Positions 38,567-54,150 of a DNA stretch of 64,000 nt are shown in pieces. A program made the position numbers and the translations under genes. This DNA comes from Octopus vulgaris (taxonomy: Eukaryota), in assembly GCA_951406725.2 (NCBI GenBank), contig OX597836.1, forward strand, positions 1,240,001 through 1,304,000, given 5' to 3'. The notes beneath the pieces were generated by a model, which saw only the letters and a program-made list of their open reading frames with translations, did not search any database and was not told the DNA's origin. Each line of letters begins with the position of its first letter. Positions within the stretch are counted from its first letter, which is position 1.

Positions 38567-38781
38567 CGGAAGTTCTGAAAAGTTCTTGACTTTAAGGGTA
38601 TCGCGAAAGATCTGTCTGGAAGTCCAGGCTACCAAGTTCCTTTCTAGGGCGTAGAAAAACTGAAGGGCCTCGGCAATAAGTGTGTGAATATGAAAGGGGA
38701 ATATGATGAATATAATCATAATTAACTGATCCTCCTGGATTTTCTTTTACCCAAAGCCAGGAACTTTTCAGTACGCCCTCG
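38567..38781 (+). mobile_element. Mariner-derived MITE retaining the transposase C-terminus
   Basis: TA-flanked; TIRs CGGAAGTTCTGAAAAGTTCTTGACTTT / AAAGCCAGGAACTTTTCAGTACGCCCTCG. Internal GVEKLKGLGNKCVNMKGEYDE* (cf. mariner GI.KL..RW.KC....G.Y.E*). Confidence 0.85.
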
Positions 38782-38797
38782 TATGTGTGTGTGTGCC

Positions 38798-38852
<55 letters not shown>

Positions 38853-40431
38853 ACAATAATCATCGGAAGGCATCTATAAACATTAGATGCTTCGCTACAC
38901 GCGTTTCGACAAATCACATGTCTCTTAACTTTAGAGTCCGCATTCCTGAGATGATTACAGTGAGTCCGTAGGATTCTAGGGAACCGAGTTGATCATCTTC
39001 ATAGATTCATTTCTTCAAACTATATAACACCAAGTGTAACAAATGGGTGCTTATCCCTCTATATGTATATTCGTTGTCGTATATAAGCCGCTCGTTTCTC
39101 GTTCTTAGCGACTGCTTTTTACATCCCATCCCGCGTATCCGACTGCTGTTACAGTAGCATTAATCAGCAATGTCGCTGAGCAAGGGCATGATGGCTGGCT
39201 TCCATCTGTGCGCATCGCAGGCAACCACCACCATTCAGCAACACAACAGTAATTACTGTAACACCACCACCACGAGTACTACAACAGATACTACTTTTCT
39301 ACTACCACATGCCACAACACAATACTACTGCTACAGCTACTACTACTGATGATGATGATGATGATGATGGAGGAGGAGGAGGATGTTGATGAAGATGATG
39401 GTGGTGATGGTGATGATGATGATGATGATGATGATGATGCTAATGATAAAAAAGAGAAAGTTAGGTTTTCTAACATGCACAAAAGAACACCTTTAGAAGG
39501 AGGGCTAGAGGAGGGAGAGGGGTAGAAGGATGGGGGAGGGTGAAAGGAGGCAGGATTGGAGGGGAAGAAGGAATAGGTGATCGATTGAATCCACCCCGAT
39601 GCGTGACTCTTACATTATTTAATCGACCCAACCCCGGAATGCTGAAAAGGCGCAGCGGATCTCAGTACGATTTGAACTCAGAACCAAGAGCATAGCAATA
39701 ACAATAATATTGATTAGTTACAAAAAAAGGGGGGGGGAGAGGCTACAAGTCCAGGGGTGGGGTGGGGTGGGACGATGAATCGATTGAAACGACCGCAGAG
39801 TTGTTGGTGTAGATTTTATTGCCCAACTTTTCGTTCGATCTCCCACACCTTCTCGCCCCTCCTCCTTCTCCTCCTCCTTTCTCACATCTACTCCCACTGT
39901 TACTCACACGCTACTCCACTCATTCACAGCTTACACCCTTTCCCCACCCCCGGCTCGTGTATTATTTCATTCTCGAACATTCTTCCTTTGTATTCATCAC
40001 TTATCCTCTTTCATCTAAAATCGCTTTGATGTTTAGGAAGTGAGATGGAGGGAGGGGGGAAAGCAGAATTAAAGAGAGAGGGAGGGAGTGAGTGAGAGAG
40101 AGAGAGAGCAAGAGAGAGCAAAGAAGAAAGAGTAAGAAAATGAGACGGAGAAAGAGAGAGAGAGAGAGAGAGAGATGAGGGGGGGAAATAATTAGAGAGA
40201 TAAGTACAATGAAAAACAAAGAAAAACAAATGAAAAAAAGAGAGGAGGGTATGTGTATGGGGGGGATTAGGGGGGTTGGGGAACGGAAGAACAGCAAGAA
40301 CACAAGAAAGGAAACAACAACAACAACAACAACAAATATCAGCGAGTATGTATAAGACAACAACAATAAAAGCAATTAATGGCGAAAACAATAAACAAGG
40401 AATGAAAACAAATAATTATAATAATAATCAC

Positions 40432-41155
<724 letters not shown>

Positions 41156-41159
41156 ATGT

Positions 41160-41290
41160 GCTTTCTACTATAGGCACAAGACCCGACATAACGGCGGAGT
41201 GGGGTCTTGTCCGTTATATCGACTCCAATGATTCACCTGTACTTAATTGATCGAATGCAAGAAGATCGAAAGCTAAGTCGGCCTCAGTAG
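41160..41290 (-). mobile_element. Old SINE 3' fragment (GAGTTCAAATT family)
   Basis: TTTCTACTATAGGCACAAG tail and ATCGAC..CA.TG...GTACTTAATT motifs. Confidence 0.6.
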
Positions 41291-41459
41291 GGAAGAATAT
41301 CAGTTGACAGGTTACGCTGAAGATGTTATTGCGGGAACGTAGCCATAATGAAGAAATTCGAGAATGGAGAGGAGGGGGCGATATGATTGCTGGAGCCACT
41401 ACAACCGTCATCAAATTGCACCAGGTTCCACCACAACCACCACCACGACCACAGCCACC

Positions 41460-41580
41460 ACTAGTTCTTGAATGGTCTGCAAGACATGGAAAAATGCCAT
41501 CCAGAAGACCTCAACGACAATGGCAAAACGATGGCGCAGTCAAGAAATACATGGAAGCGTATCATGACCAGCGTGTTATA
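41460..41580 (+). pseudogene. LINE ORF2 extreme C-terminal fragment
   Basis: VLEWSARHGKMPSRRPQRQW and MAQSRNTWKR (cf. VLxWxPxxGKRxRGRPxxxW...AQDRxxWR). Confidence 0.55.
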
Positions 41581-41817
41581 ACCACCCCTTCCGAATCTGT
41601 GGTCAATACATCATCATCATCATTATGTATTTATTATTATTAGTATTATGTATTATTGTATGTATATCAATTAGTCAATCGATCAATCAATCTATCTATC
41701 GATCTATTTATCGGTTGATCTATCACAATCACCCACGTATATGTACGTGTATATACATACATGCATATATATATATACATGTACATACATACGTAAATAG
41801 ATATCTCTATATATATG

Positions 41818-41847
<30 letters not shown>

Positions 41848-41848
<1 letters not shown>

Positions 41849-41956
41849 TGGCCTGCTCGCTTAGCCAGCGGGGTGGCGTCATCCGAGGGCTAAAACAATG
41901 CGAACGCATTGTGACCAGCGATGTGTAGCAACATCTGATGGTCTGGTCGGTCACGA
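41848..41956 (+). mobile_element. 5'-truncated 3' tail of the SINE family at 9006-9305
   Basis: Near-identical reverse complement of 9006-9119; sits at the end of a (TA)n run. Confidence 0.85.
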
Positions 41957-42068
41957 AGAAAAAAAAAAATATATATATCAATCAAACACTCAATCAATCA
42001 ATCAATCAATCTATCTATCTATCGATCTATCGAACCCACACATATATGTATGTGTATATATACATACA

Positions 42069-42104
<36 letters not shown>

Positions 42105-42949
42105 TATACACATGTACATACATACATACGTAAATACATACGTAAATATATATATGTGTGTTTGTGTGTATACACATGTATTTAAGTCACAGCATATGGA
42201 TTCAAGTAGAACTCATTAAAAAATCTCCTTAATGAATCATTCTACAAAATACAGAATATATGGTACGATACAAAAAACAACAACAACAACAAAAAACGAT
42301 AAGGTGTTTATAGAACGGAAGTCATAAATTACAGAGAAATAGTTGGATGAAATTTTATTCGGCAAAAAGAAAATTCTGATATCACAACAAATTGTTTCGT
42401 AACTGAAAACATCGAAGTAAATTATATCATTATATTTAATAATAAATAAATTAATTAACACGCTCTCATTTACTAAGAGGCAACACGATAATGAATACAA
42501 CTAGAGACTCTTCAGTTTCTTATTCTAGATGAACGTGTCCATGTAATGAGTGTGTATATGGTCAGAGATCTTTACGTATATGTATTGGCCAATAAACATG
42601 TATATATATGCACATGCGCACACAGGGGCCTTATACACACACACATGCACACACATACGCACACGCACATACATGCGTATATATATAATAAAATAAGAGT
42701 AGTAATTGATATTAATCAATTAAAATCAGTGGCTTAGCATATTTTAAGAAATCCGAAGATTAAAAATTGTTTTACATACACTAAAAGTGGACAGCCTATA
42801 TGCTAAACATAGACGTCAAATCGCCATTTACTACGAAGAATGTGTCCTCAAGAAAAATATCAGCAAAAAACAAAAGCAAGACATGAAAATATACGAAAAA
42901 AAACAAACGATTACCTATGTACCAATTGGTTTTACTTGTTAATATTTAC

Positions 42950-43411
<462 letters not shown>

Positions 43412-43530
43412 ACCAATGAATGTCTGTGGCTGCTTTACTGCGCGCACCGAGTTCTTGTTTGGGTTACGAGAAAAAGAAAAAAAAACTTTAAAACCTTCAG
43501 AGAGACTCAGAAACGTGTGGACCGTGGGAA

Positions 43531-43575
<45 letters not shown>

Positions 43576-44673
43576 TCCACATCCACATCCACACACACGT
43601 ACATCACAGTATGTGCGTGTGTGTGTTTATGGGCGTCTTGTGTTGATCGGTGTATGTATAAAATACAGTATATATGATAAAGCGTATAAGTGTGTGTATG
43701 TGTGAGTGTGTTTGTGTGTGTATAGCTGTATATATATATATATGTGTGTGTGCGTGTAGATACAAACAATTACATACAGATACATATACACACGCATATA
43801 AACGCATACAAAACCAACCAAGGTAGAATCTCCTACATACATATCCACAAAACATGCGTAATTTATTACTAAAAAGAAAATTGCAAATAACATTGCAAAA
43901 ACCGAAAATGAAAGAAGAACGACCCCCCCCCCCAAATCAGAAAGAAGGGTTACATTGTGGTTCGATGCCCCGATTGCACGCGTCACTCGAATGAAATAAT
44001 ACACCTCTGTTCAGCAGACATTGAAACCGACCAAATATAGTTCCACAAATCACGTGATGATATAATAACATGCGCAACAACCATCAGCGGTCGTCCGAGG
44101 TTTCCACTCGACCACGCCTCCTTTTCTGTTTTTTATCCAGAAATGAAAACCCCACCTGAAACCGCCTTATCCCCTCCCATAGACACACCCATATATTTAC
44201 CCGCACACTTACCCATCCCTGATTATCCACCCAGTCGATGCCGCAGCCCTGCCCTAGAATTAAAGTTTTCTGACATTTGAAACCGGTGATACGAGTTCAA
44301 ACTCCAAATTTCCCATAGCCACAGCCATCCCCCACTCTGCTCTAAGGAATTAAAGGTACAAGCGGGCTTTTATCCACCTCCGATGACTAAGGAGATCCTC
44401 CACGCCACACGACTCAGCACTACTCCCCACTCCCCAGCCCAGCCGTAAACTTCCGAATTTCTTCTCTCACCGCCGTCGTCGCTTTCTGCTCAAGAAGATT
44501 TTTACGATGTGTTAATAGCAAACGGAAAGGAGATGCCCCACGGGATGCGCCGGAGTGGTTTCGCTCTTTATATACGCTCACACACACCCAATCACCCGCA
44601 CACACACACACGGACAAACACAGACACACAAAGTCACACATGCACAAATACAGACACACACATTCACACACAC

Positions 44674-44709
<36 letters not shown>

Positions 44710-44721
44710 GTATATATGTAT

Positions 44722-44949
44722 ATGTATATAATTAAGAGAAATAACCTCTATTAAGCAATTTAATAGTGAAAGATATTATCCATACTATATAGAAAACATT
44801 TAAATATACGATAATAAATATATTCAAAAAATTACAAAATTAAACAATAATATCTATTATAGTATATTTAATTTTTTTCTGTATAGTATGGATAATGTCT
44901 TTCACTATTAAATTGCTTAATAGCGGTTATTTCTCTTAATTATATACAT
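44722..44949. mobile_element. Foldback/palindromic element with ~100-bp arms in a TA-rich tract
   Basis: The left arm AATTAAGAGAAATAACCTCTATTAAGCAATTTAATAGTGAAAGATATTATCCATACTATATAGAAAA... is the near-perfect reverse complement of 44850-44941. The spacer is ~25 bp. Confidence 0.85.
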
Positions 44950-45048
44950 TTATTATATATTGTGAAATTTGATTTAGAATTGCTAACTTGAATTTTTGCC
45001 TGTAAGTTTGAAATTATATTCCTTTCTACAATTATATATATGTATGTA

Positions 45049-45097
<49 letters not shown>

Positions 45098-45115
45098 CAA
45101 AGTGGAGTTGTGGGG

Positions 45116-45146
<31 letters not shown>

Positions 45147-45473
45147 ATACATATATATATATATGTATACATATATACATATATATGTATATATGTATAT
45201 ATATATGTATATATATATATTCTATTCTTTTCTTTTCTTTTCTATATATATATGTATGTATGAATGTATGTATGTGTCAGTGTATGTGTGTGAGCGCTGT
45301 CTTCAATTTCTTAGTTTCATAAGATCTTGACAGGGTCGTTCGCTGCAACCCCTTCCGGTTTTGTGCTCATACCACTGGTTTGCTCTTTCAAGACAATATT
45401 TTCCGCATAATACTCAACAAATTACAAAGACACTAGATTTGAAATAAACTGCGCGTGCTTATTCTTTTCTTTT

Positions 45474-45711
45474 CTTCTCTGGGCACAAGGCCAGAAATTT
45501 CTGGGGAGGGGCCAGTCGACTAGATCGACCCCAGTTTGCAACAGGTACTTAATTCATCGACCCTGAAATGATGAAAGGCAACGTCGACCTCGGCGGAATT
45601 TGAACTCAGAACATAAAACCAGACGAAATACTGCCAAGCATGGTAACGTTATTTATTTCTTCATTGCCCACAAGGGGCTAAACATCGAGGGGACAACCAA
45701 GAACAGACAAA
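45474..45711 (-). mobile_element. B-tail SINE with an A-type tail fragment (45650-45711) at its head
   Basis: Standard SINE body followed by TATTTATTTCTTCATTGCCCACAAGGGGCTAAACA...GGGGACAACCAAGAACAGACAAA. Confidence 0.8.
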
Positions 45712-46327
45712 TATGTGTGTGTGTGTGTGTGCGTGTGTGTGTGTGTAGCTAAATACTATTCCCAAGTTAAAGTTACGTTTCATCTACATTTCTTTCTTGG
45801 TTTTTCCTTCCCATATTCCTTCCTTCATTTCTTCTCACACACATTCGATCTCCTTCCTCCTTATATTCTGAACTTCGTTACAGCGTATATTTTTTTAATT
45901 ATCTCCGCCATATTTAAAGGTCAGATATCGAAGAAGACCGAGTTGTTCTTTATTTTCTTGAAAATTAAACTTGCTAACCATTCTCTCCCTCCTTCCCATT
46001 TCACACAAACTATTCCACACCATAATTCTCTTCTTCCACATTCTTCTTCTTCTTCTTTCAATTTAATCTTTATTTCTCCCTTTTCCGCTCTCCCATTCTT
46101 CTTGTTTCACTTTTGTTACCTTTGCCTTTTATCTTATATGTTCGTCTCCTCAAAGGAGGGAAGATACTTGCGCATGTGTTAGAGTATTGAGTTCTCTTTT
46201 TAAAATAACACATCTTGTAATATTCTTTTCTTTTACCCTCTGTGAGTCTCTCTTTTTCTCTCTCTCAACACACCCACCCCCACACACACATACACTGTTT
46301 TTCTCTCCTCTAATTCTTCCCATCCGT

Positions 46328-46366
<39 letters not shown>

Positions 46367-46367
46367 C

Positions 46368-46405
<38 letters not shown>

Positions 46406-47498
46406 CTACATATGATCTAGTTTGTTACTCTCCTCCTCCCCATTATAATTACTCTCTCTGTCTCTCACTTTCTCTCTCTCTCTCTCTCCCCCCTCTCTCT
46501 CTATCATCTGCCTCTCTACAATCCCCACTTACCTTCCTCCCTGACTACTTGTTTCAGTTATTTTCGTAGTCGAAATCTAATGAAGGCGACGATCCGGTTT
46601 CATTGAACGCTGACTTTCTGCAGTTAAAAACCATTCTTTATCGCAGTCCTCCTCATTCTACTAAACTCCATTTGAAAGAAGAAAAAAAAACTTTTATTCT
46701 CTCACCTTCTCCATATTTTATTATTCCTGCTTTCTGCTTTTCTTTGATTCAAACTTTTATCACTTTCTCCAGTTTACCATTTTCTCCACCATCCTCCCTC
46801 TGCTCCATTTTTCTTTTTGCTTTTTCTTCTCGCATGAATCAGGCAAAATTTGATCAAGATGGGAGGTCATATTTCTCAGAATATTAAGTCTCTTCTTCCT
46901 TAAAAATTACTCGATATATCCCCGTCTCTAACACTATTTATAAAAACAAGACCTCTAATCTTTCAGCTCATATATATTCATCCTGCTTCGTTGCCTCCAT
47001 TGTTTTCCGTTTTATTTAGAATTTCTTGCTTTATCTCCTTCCCTCTCTCTCTCTTTCTCTCTTCATCAATTTCTTTCTTCCTGCCGTTCTTTCTTTCTTT
47101 CTTTCTGGTAATTTTTCATCTACTTTATTTTTTTCTTTACGTACGATGAAGTAAAAAGCGCGAGAGTCGTACACGATTTTGGTTCAAAAATTCTCTTCAC
47201 ATGATTTCTCTCTCTCACCCGTTCAGCAAAACATTTGTATTGTTCATAGACACATATGCGTTCATCTGTTTCTATGTCTATAAGTCGTGGGTTCACCGGT
47301 TCGAATAATGTTAAAGCCACCAAATTCAAGAAATCAAAATGCTCGGATTTAGTATTATTATATTTCCTTAAAAACTCTGGTTCCAACGAATTTTGTTCCG
47401 TTAGAACACACTCGAAAGGCTAATTAATAAAAAAAAGTGTAATTCCTTTATACGTTAAGGGACGAATAGACAAAGGTTTTGAAAAATAGACATAACTA

Positions 47499-48227
47499 CC
47501 GTATATACTCGAGTCGACTATTACATGGATACTACTTTGAGGGGCTGAAATTCAAGCGGGAATCCGAAGTACCGCATCAGCAGCAGAAGCTCAGCTGATG
47601 ATGATGATGATGATGATGATGATACAAGCCACTAAAAGATGAAATTGCATGGATGTGGGGAATGAAAGAAGTAACTGTAATCTCGGTAGTTGGACATCTT
47701 GGGACTGATATGGTGTAGCATATGCTCAGAAAAGCGCTCTACTGGGGACAGCGAGGATTTTGAAAGTGGTACTTGGATGTGAATTATGGTGCAAGAAGAT
47801 ATCATGTAAGACGTGGTTTCTGTTTGTCCTTGAAAAATTGACCAATGCCAATGAAATGGAGGTCGCAGAAGTGAAATAGAAATATGTTTGCAGTATATCC
47901 TGTGCATACATTTTAGGTGTTGATGGGGGGTGTAGCACCCATCAACAGATGCGTAGTGCTCGCTATTAAATGGTACTTTACTATAAGTACCGAGCATTCT
48001 ATTATAAGCACCAAGCATTCCCCCTTTTAGAGTAGATCAGACGATTTTCTAACAGTGTTATTTCTACGTAGAGGATAAAACGGTACCTTGGCCCACAAAT
48101 GTTGTCCTGTTGTTCGTGAAATACTCGGGTCGAATTTTATACGGGGTGTATAGAAATTTCCCAATTTCTTGGTCAAAAATAGGGGTCGACTTTTACATGA
48201 GATCAACTATTACTCGAGTATATACGG
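47499..48227. mobile_element. Non-autonomous pogo/Tc2-type (TcMar) DNA transposon, 729 bp
   Basis: Perfect 16-bp TIR CCGTATATACTCGAGT / ACTCGAGTATATACGG. TA on the left, CA (mutated TA) on the right. Subterminal GTCGACT.TTAC repeats. Confidence 0.8.
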
Positions 48228-48904
48228 CATATATGAATATGGCTACGATGGTGGTGGATGTTGTGGTGGTGGTGTTAGAGGTAGTGGTGGTGATGATGTG
48301 TGTGAAAAGTATAAAGAATATGGCGGAGACGGTGATAATGAAGATGTTGGTGTGACGATGGCAATGATGGCGACGATAGGGTTAAGGGCATTTGTAGATG
48401 TTGATGATGGGTTTTTTAAGTGTTAAGGAAGTGGTTTGTATGCATGTGTCTGTATGAGAGAGAGAAAGGTGGGGAGAGAGAAGGAGAGAGAGAAAGAGAG
48501 AGACCTTATACATCAACAAAGTCCCTAACTCCGTCCCAACCCAACACAACATAAAACTTAACACGTGTAATATTAGAAAATATCAAATCCATAATCCGAT
48601 ATGGAAATGTTTAATACAACTTGACTTCTCCCCACTAAAACAGGTCACAACGTAGCACGAAAGAGTTTTATAGAAAAACTGAGCAAGGAAAAACCTGTAC
48701 GAAAACCATTAAATATAGAATTAAGAAGTTTATATTCTTTATTGCAATATAGGACAAACAAACCTGTCGACCAGCGTCTTTAAGAAACCTTTGCTGTCGC
48801 AAGATATCACAAAATTTCTATAAAATCACATTGAATGTGATTGTACATTTTAAAATACAACCAACACAAAAAAGAGAAAAAATTGTAATAAAATCATAGA
48901 AACA

Positions 48905-49265
48905 GTGAATAAAATGTAATTGTCCCATTGATACAAAATGCCTACCGAAGGTGCTGGTGTATAGACCTGTTCAAAGAATATGGACAGAATTGAATAGCGT
49001 ATATGAGATTAACAGAAACATGATAGATACAACACTGTCCATTCTGCCAGATTCGGCGACAAGTTTAACTCTAGTAGAATATAAAAACCACAGGAGGATT
49101 AACGTTGCCATTACAGAGTTGAGGGTCGTCGAAAAAGCCAAACCATACAATGAAAATGGTGGCTGCTGCAATCTTTGCATCGGCGAAAATTATGAAAAGA
49201 AACGCATACTGACCAAACTAACAAATGTCTTGACGAGGCAAAATGAAGCCATTTCCACACGCTAA
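48905..49265 (+). pseudogene. Second Penelope-like element remnant (GIY-YIG C-terminus)
   Basis: KCNCPIDTKCLPKVLVYR...RVVEKAKPYNENGGCCNLCIGE...NVLTRQNEAIST (cf. W.IVxKAxPY....CNLCLxEK...LNKRxE..S.C). Confidence 0.7.
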
Positions 49266-49623
49266 CTAGAAGACTGTTCACTGTATCACCCTTGAAAACT
49301 ATTTCTGAGTCAGAAAATTTCGAATTCAAAGAAAAAGTAAAAGAAACGTATCAAGTATTTTCCCTGCGTTACTGGTTCACGATAAGCCACAAATGGCGTC
49401 ACACCAGCGTCCAACACTCTTACGAGGAAATGGAGGTGGGTTGCCTCACTTGACCATGGCCTTCAGCTGTTTTAACATCTGGCGTTTGGAGAAAGTATTC
49501 TTCACCTCACCAAATCGCAGCCTCCTCGCAAATAGATGATGCATATTATACGCTAAGTATATGTGATTGATAATGTTTTTTACACTAGCGCTGCTTCCTT
49601 TTCGTATCCGAACATATATTATG

Positions 49624-49675
<52 letters not shown>

Positions 49676-50183
49676 TTATTTTTATTATGAACACTCACAT
49701 TTAATTTTGCTGGGAATGAAGGGGTTGAAGATAAACACTTTTCTCTTTGGCCAATCCTTAATGAACTTCTTCAAGTTTCACTTGAAAAGAAATATAGTGG
49801 TTAAGTGGGAAGTGTTGTCTTGTAACCAGTTTATTGAAAGATCTATGAAAGTGGTGAGAATGGTGTGAGCGAATGGTCCTGCCCTGAGCATACACCTGTA
49901 GTTGGAAAACAGGAAAGAATAAAGGCACCCGCCCCAAAAGTCAGGGTCAGCAAAGTTTTTAATGGGATGTTTCCATGAGCAGCCCCCCAACGTCTCCTCC
50001 CAATTCAGGATCACACATTTAGAAATGTTCTGTTAGCCTTGTTGAGATGCAAAACCCTCACAACCACGCACACCCACACACATACACACACACACACTTT
50101 GTTTTGTCCACTTTCTTACTTTTGTCCGTTTTCTTACTGTACACCTTTGTGGTTAATAAAAAAATCATTACTATTATTATTAA

Positions 50184-50617
<434 letters not shown>

Positions 50618-52136
50618 CATTATTGTGGTTGTTGTTGTTCTTGTTGTTGTTCTTCTGTTTTTGATGCCTTGTCTTATATATCACTTGGTGTGAAACAAAA
50701 TCAGTATAACTGGGAAGACAGCCCTGGACGTACAATATGGAATGGTGACGAACTATAACCTGGAACCCTGTCACAAGAATGCACGGTTCTTTACTAATCT
50801 ACACGATATTGTTAGCCAGGTGTACTACCTGAGAGCTTATAAAATATGTGTGTTTGTTTGTGAGTGTGTGTGTGTGTGCGACAGTGTGTGTGTCAAAAAG
50901 GGTTGTGGGACAAAACTCGAGCCATTCCTGTAGAATCTCAGTCAAAAATTCTCATATATACTCATCTATATTGAGCTCTATTTCTCCTCTTTCTAAAAGA
51001 AAGTAAACACACACACACACACAAACGCACACACACACACGCACATACACACACACACACATTCACACACATAATCTATATATCTGCATGTTCTATACAT
51101 GTACGAACATATGATGTGTTTGCACACAAGCATGTTTGTATATCTATGATCTACGTAAATAATATGAGTAACCACTTTAACATGGCCACGAATATTACTT
51201 GTCAGAACAACCACAGCGTTGATTTCTTAGACAGATATTAAAACTATATATATATATATGTGTGTGTGTATGTATGTATATGTATATATATATATATATA
51301 TATAAATATATATATATAAATATATATATATATAATAGAGATATATACAAAAGCATGCATATACATGTACACACACGCGCACACACATACACACACATAT
51401 ATGCATATATGAGAAATTGTTGAATCTGTTCCTTTTAGAACTTATAGTTATCTTCCTTAAAACATTAAATATCATCCTTTATAATGTTGCTTGCCCTCCA
51501 TCCGCCGCATCATTTCAAAATGTCCTCCTCCATATTTCACCTCACATTTTCGCCTCTTCCCATGTCGCAAACTCTTTTCCTTTCTACTTTACAATTTCTT
51601 AAGCTTTATATTTTCTCTCTCTCTGCCTCTGTCGTCTCTCACTTTCAATTCCTTTTTCTATCTATCCTTGCTTGTTTTGTTGTTGGTTTTGTTCGATGTA
51701 TAGTTTCTTTCTTTCTTTCCTCCATATAAATATTCGAAGAAGGACGAGAAGTTCCTATTTCATGCAATAATGATGGGTTACTTGAAATCATACTTTAAAC
51801 CGTTCGTCACCGAATTTCAAAGAAAAACGTATTAAACGTTATTCTTTCACCTGAAATTCTCGTGTTTAATGGAGAAATATTTCTTTGTGTTTTACATTTA
51901 TATTAAAAAGTGCACGCGCGCACTCATGCGCATACACCTACACATACATGCAAACATACAAAAACACCCGCCAACTAATCTGTCCGCCCGTCGGTCAGTC
52001 GGTCTGTCTCTTAAATTCAAAATACGCTCCTATGCACACATGTATCCAGCACGATCTCCTTCACGCACAAGCACTCTCTTGTACCCATAAAATATATCTG
52101 TCTATCTCTCTCTCTGTCTGTCTGTCTGGTTGTCTG

Positions 52137-52223
<87 letters not shown>

Positions 52224-52542
52224 GTCAGTCTGTCTGTCTCTCTATCTATCTATCTATTAATATATATATATATCACCCTGACTGAAATTAAGCACACACA
52301 CACACACACACACACGCACACACACACACACACGCACACACACACACACACACGCACACACACATTGCACACACGTATAAAAACATACAATTTCCCTCCC
52401 TCCCTCTCCGCATCTTTCTAAATTCAAACATACATTCAACTTCATATTATACACCCCACTGAACTCACAGACACACCTCCATCCCTCGAAAATCTCAAAT
52501 TACTTTCACCACGCTCTCACTGTTAGTCTCCATGATATAATA

Positions 52543-52573
<31 letters not shown>

Positions 52574-53131
52574 TACACACACACATACATTTATACATTT
52601 ATATATGTATATATATGTGTGTGTGTGTGTATACACTTTTCCAAAGTATCATTTTAATGTATCAATCAATTCCCTTTGTCTTTATTCTTCTAAATTCTAA
52701 CTTCCTACCCATATTAGTAAGAGTGATCATATTCTGTGGGTTGGGTGGGGGCAAGGAAAGGCGGCTGAAACGGGTGTCAATAGACGAAGAGAATTCTGAA
52801 GAAACAAAATGGCTTCCATTGATCGCGGTAAGGAAACGCTACGAAATATGAAACTTTTCGGGGAAAATCTTTTCATTGCAGAGAATGAAAAAAAAAAAGG
52901 AACATAACAATATTAAAAAAAAATTCTCTTTCTTCTCATTGGAGAAGAAAGTTAGAAAAGAATATTATGATTCGAAATTCGCTCTTCCCTGATTCCTTTC
53001 TCTCTCACCCTCACTCTCTCTTTCTCTTTTCCTATATTTTTTTATACTTCACTTTTACTGTTATTTTCATTTTGTTTTTCCCCTTTCTCTTTCTTTATTT
53101 CTCTACCCCTTCATCCGTCTTTGCATTTCTT

Positions 53132-53172
<41 letters not shown>

Positions 53173-53397
53173 CATTCTATTTCCTTTCCTCTCTCTTAAA
53201 TTCTCTCTCTCTTCTTCCCCTTCTATATTTACTTATCACTCTTCTCTTATTCCTTCTCTGCATCTCTTTCCTTCTCTCTATCAATCGGTTGTTCTCTCAC
53301 TGCCATTGTCCGTCTTTTGTTTTTCCCAACAACCTCTTCCTTTCCCTCTTTCTTTTCTCTTTCATTTCTTTTTCCTCTATTTCTTTTTGCCCAAATT

Positions 53398-53437
<40 letters not shown>

Positions 53438-53744
53438 CTTCATACTCAGCCACTATGTCTCCCCCACTCTGTCTCTCTTCCTCACTGCCCACCATATTGA
53501 CCGCGTAAATACGTTTGCATTTTAAAGTTAAACAAGACAAAATGGCAGCACGCGTAATGTCCAGCAGGTTTTACACTGCGAAGACTTTTTCAAAATTGTT
53601 CTCTTCAGATTTTCAATTAAATCATCAGAAGTTCTTACGTTATTTGATTTTGTATTTTTTTTTCGAAGACGACTCGCTCGCTGATTTATTTCGCCATTTG
53701 CTCTCACTTTGTGTACACGGAATCGGAAGTTATGGCATAAATTG

Positions 53745-54150
53745 ATGGCTGTACGGTTAAGAAGCTGGCTTTGCAACCGCAGGGTTTCAGGTTAAAGCGT
53801 ACTGTGCGGCCCCATGGCCAAGTGACTTCTACAGACCTTAGCCGAGAAATGCCTTGTGAATGAAATTCCTAGACGGAAACAGTGAGGAAGCCCATGCTGT
53901 ATATATGTGTGTGTGTGTGTGTGTGTGTCTGTGCTTGTATCCCTCTCATCACCTCTTGACAATCGGCTTTGGTTTGTTTACGTCCCCACAAAACGGCAGT
54001 TCTGCAAAAGCAAACTCTAGAATAAGTACGAAACTTATAAGTCCTGGGGTCGATTGTAAGGTTGTAGTTTCGATTCCCGTATCGGTCGATGTGTTGTGTT
54101 CGGGAGCAAAACACTACATTTCAGACCGTTCCGGTCGCCTCAGCAGTGAA
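53745..54150 (+). mobile_element. Diverged SINE (3890 family) fused to the head of a CORE-like SINE at ~54055
   Basis: ATGGCTGTACGGTTAAGAAG head, internal (TG)n, AAGTCCTGGGGTCGATT, then GTTTCGATTCCC...TGTGTTGTGTTCGGGAGCAAAACACT. Confidence 0.7.

Noticed and set aside
41323-41643. 106-aa ORF as a host exon
   Set aside because: It is a chimera of a (CCA)n tract and a LINE C-terminal fragment.
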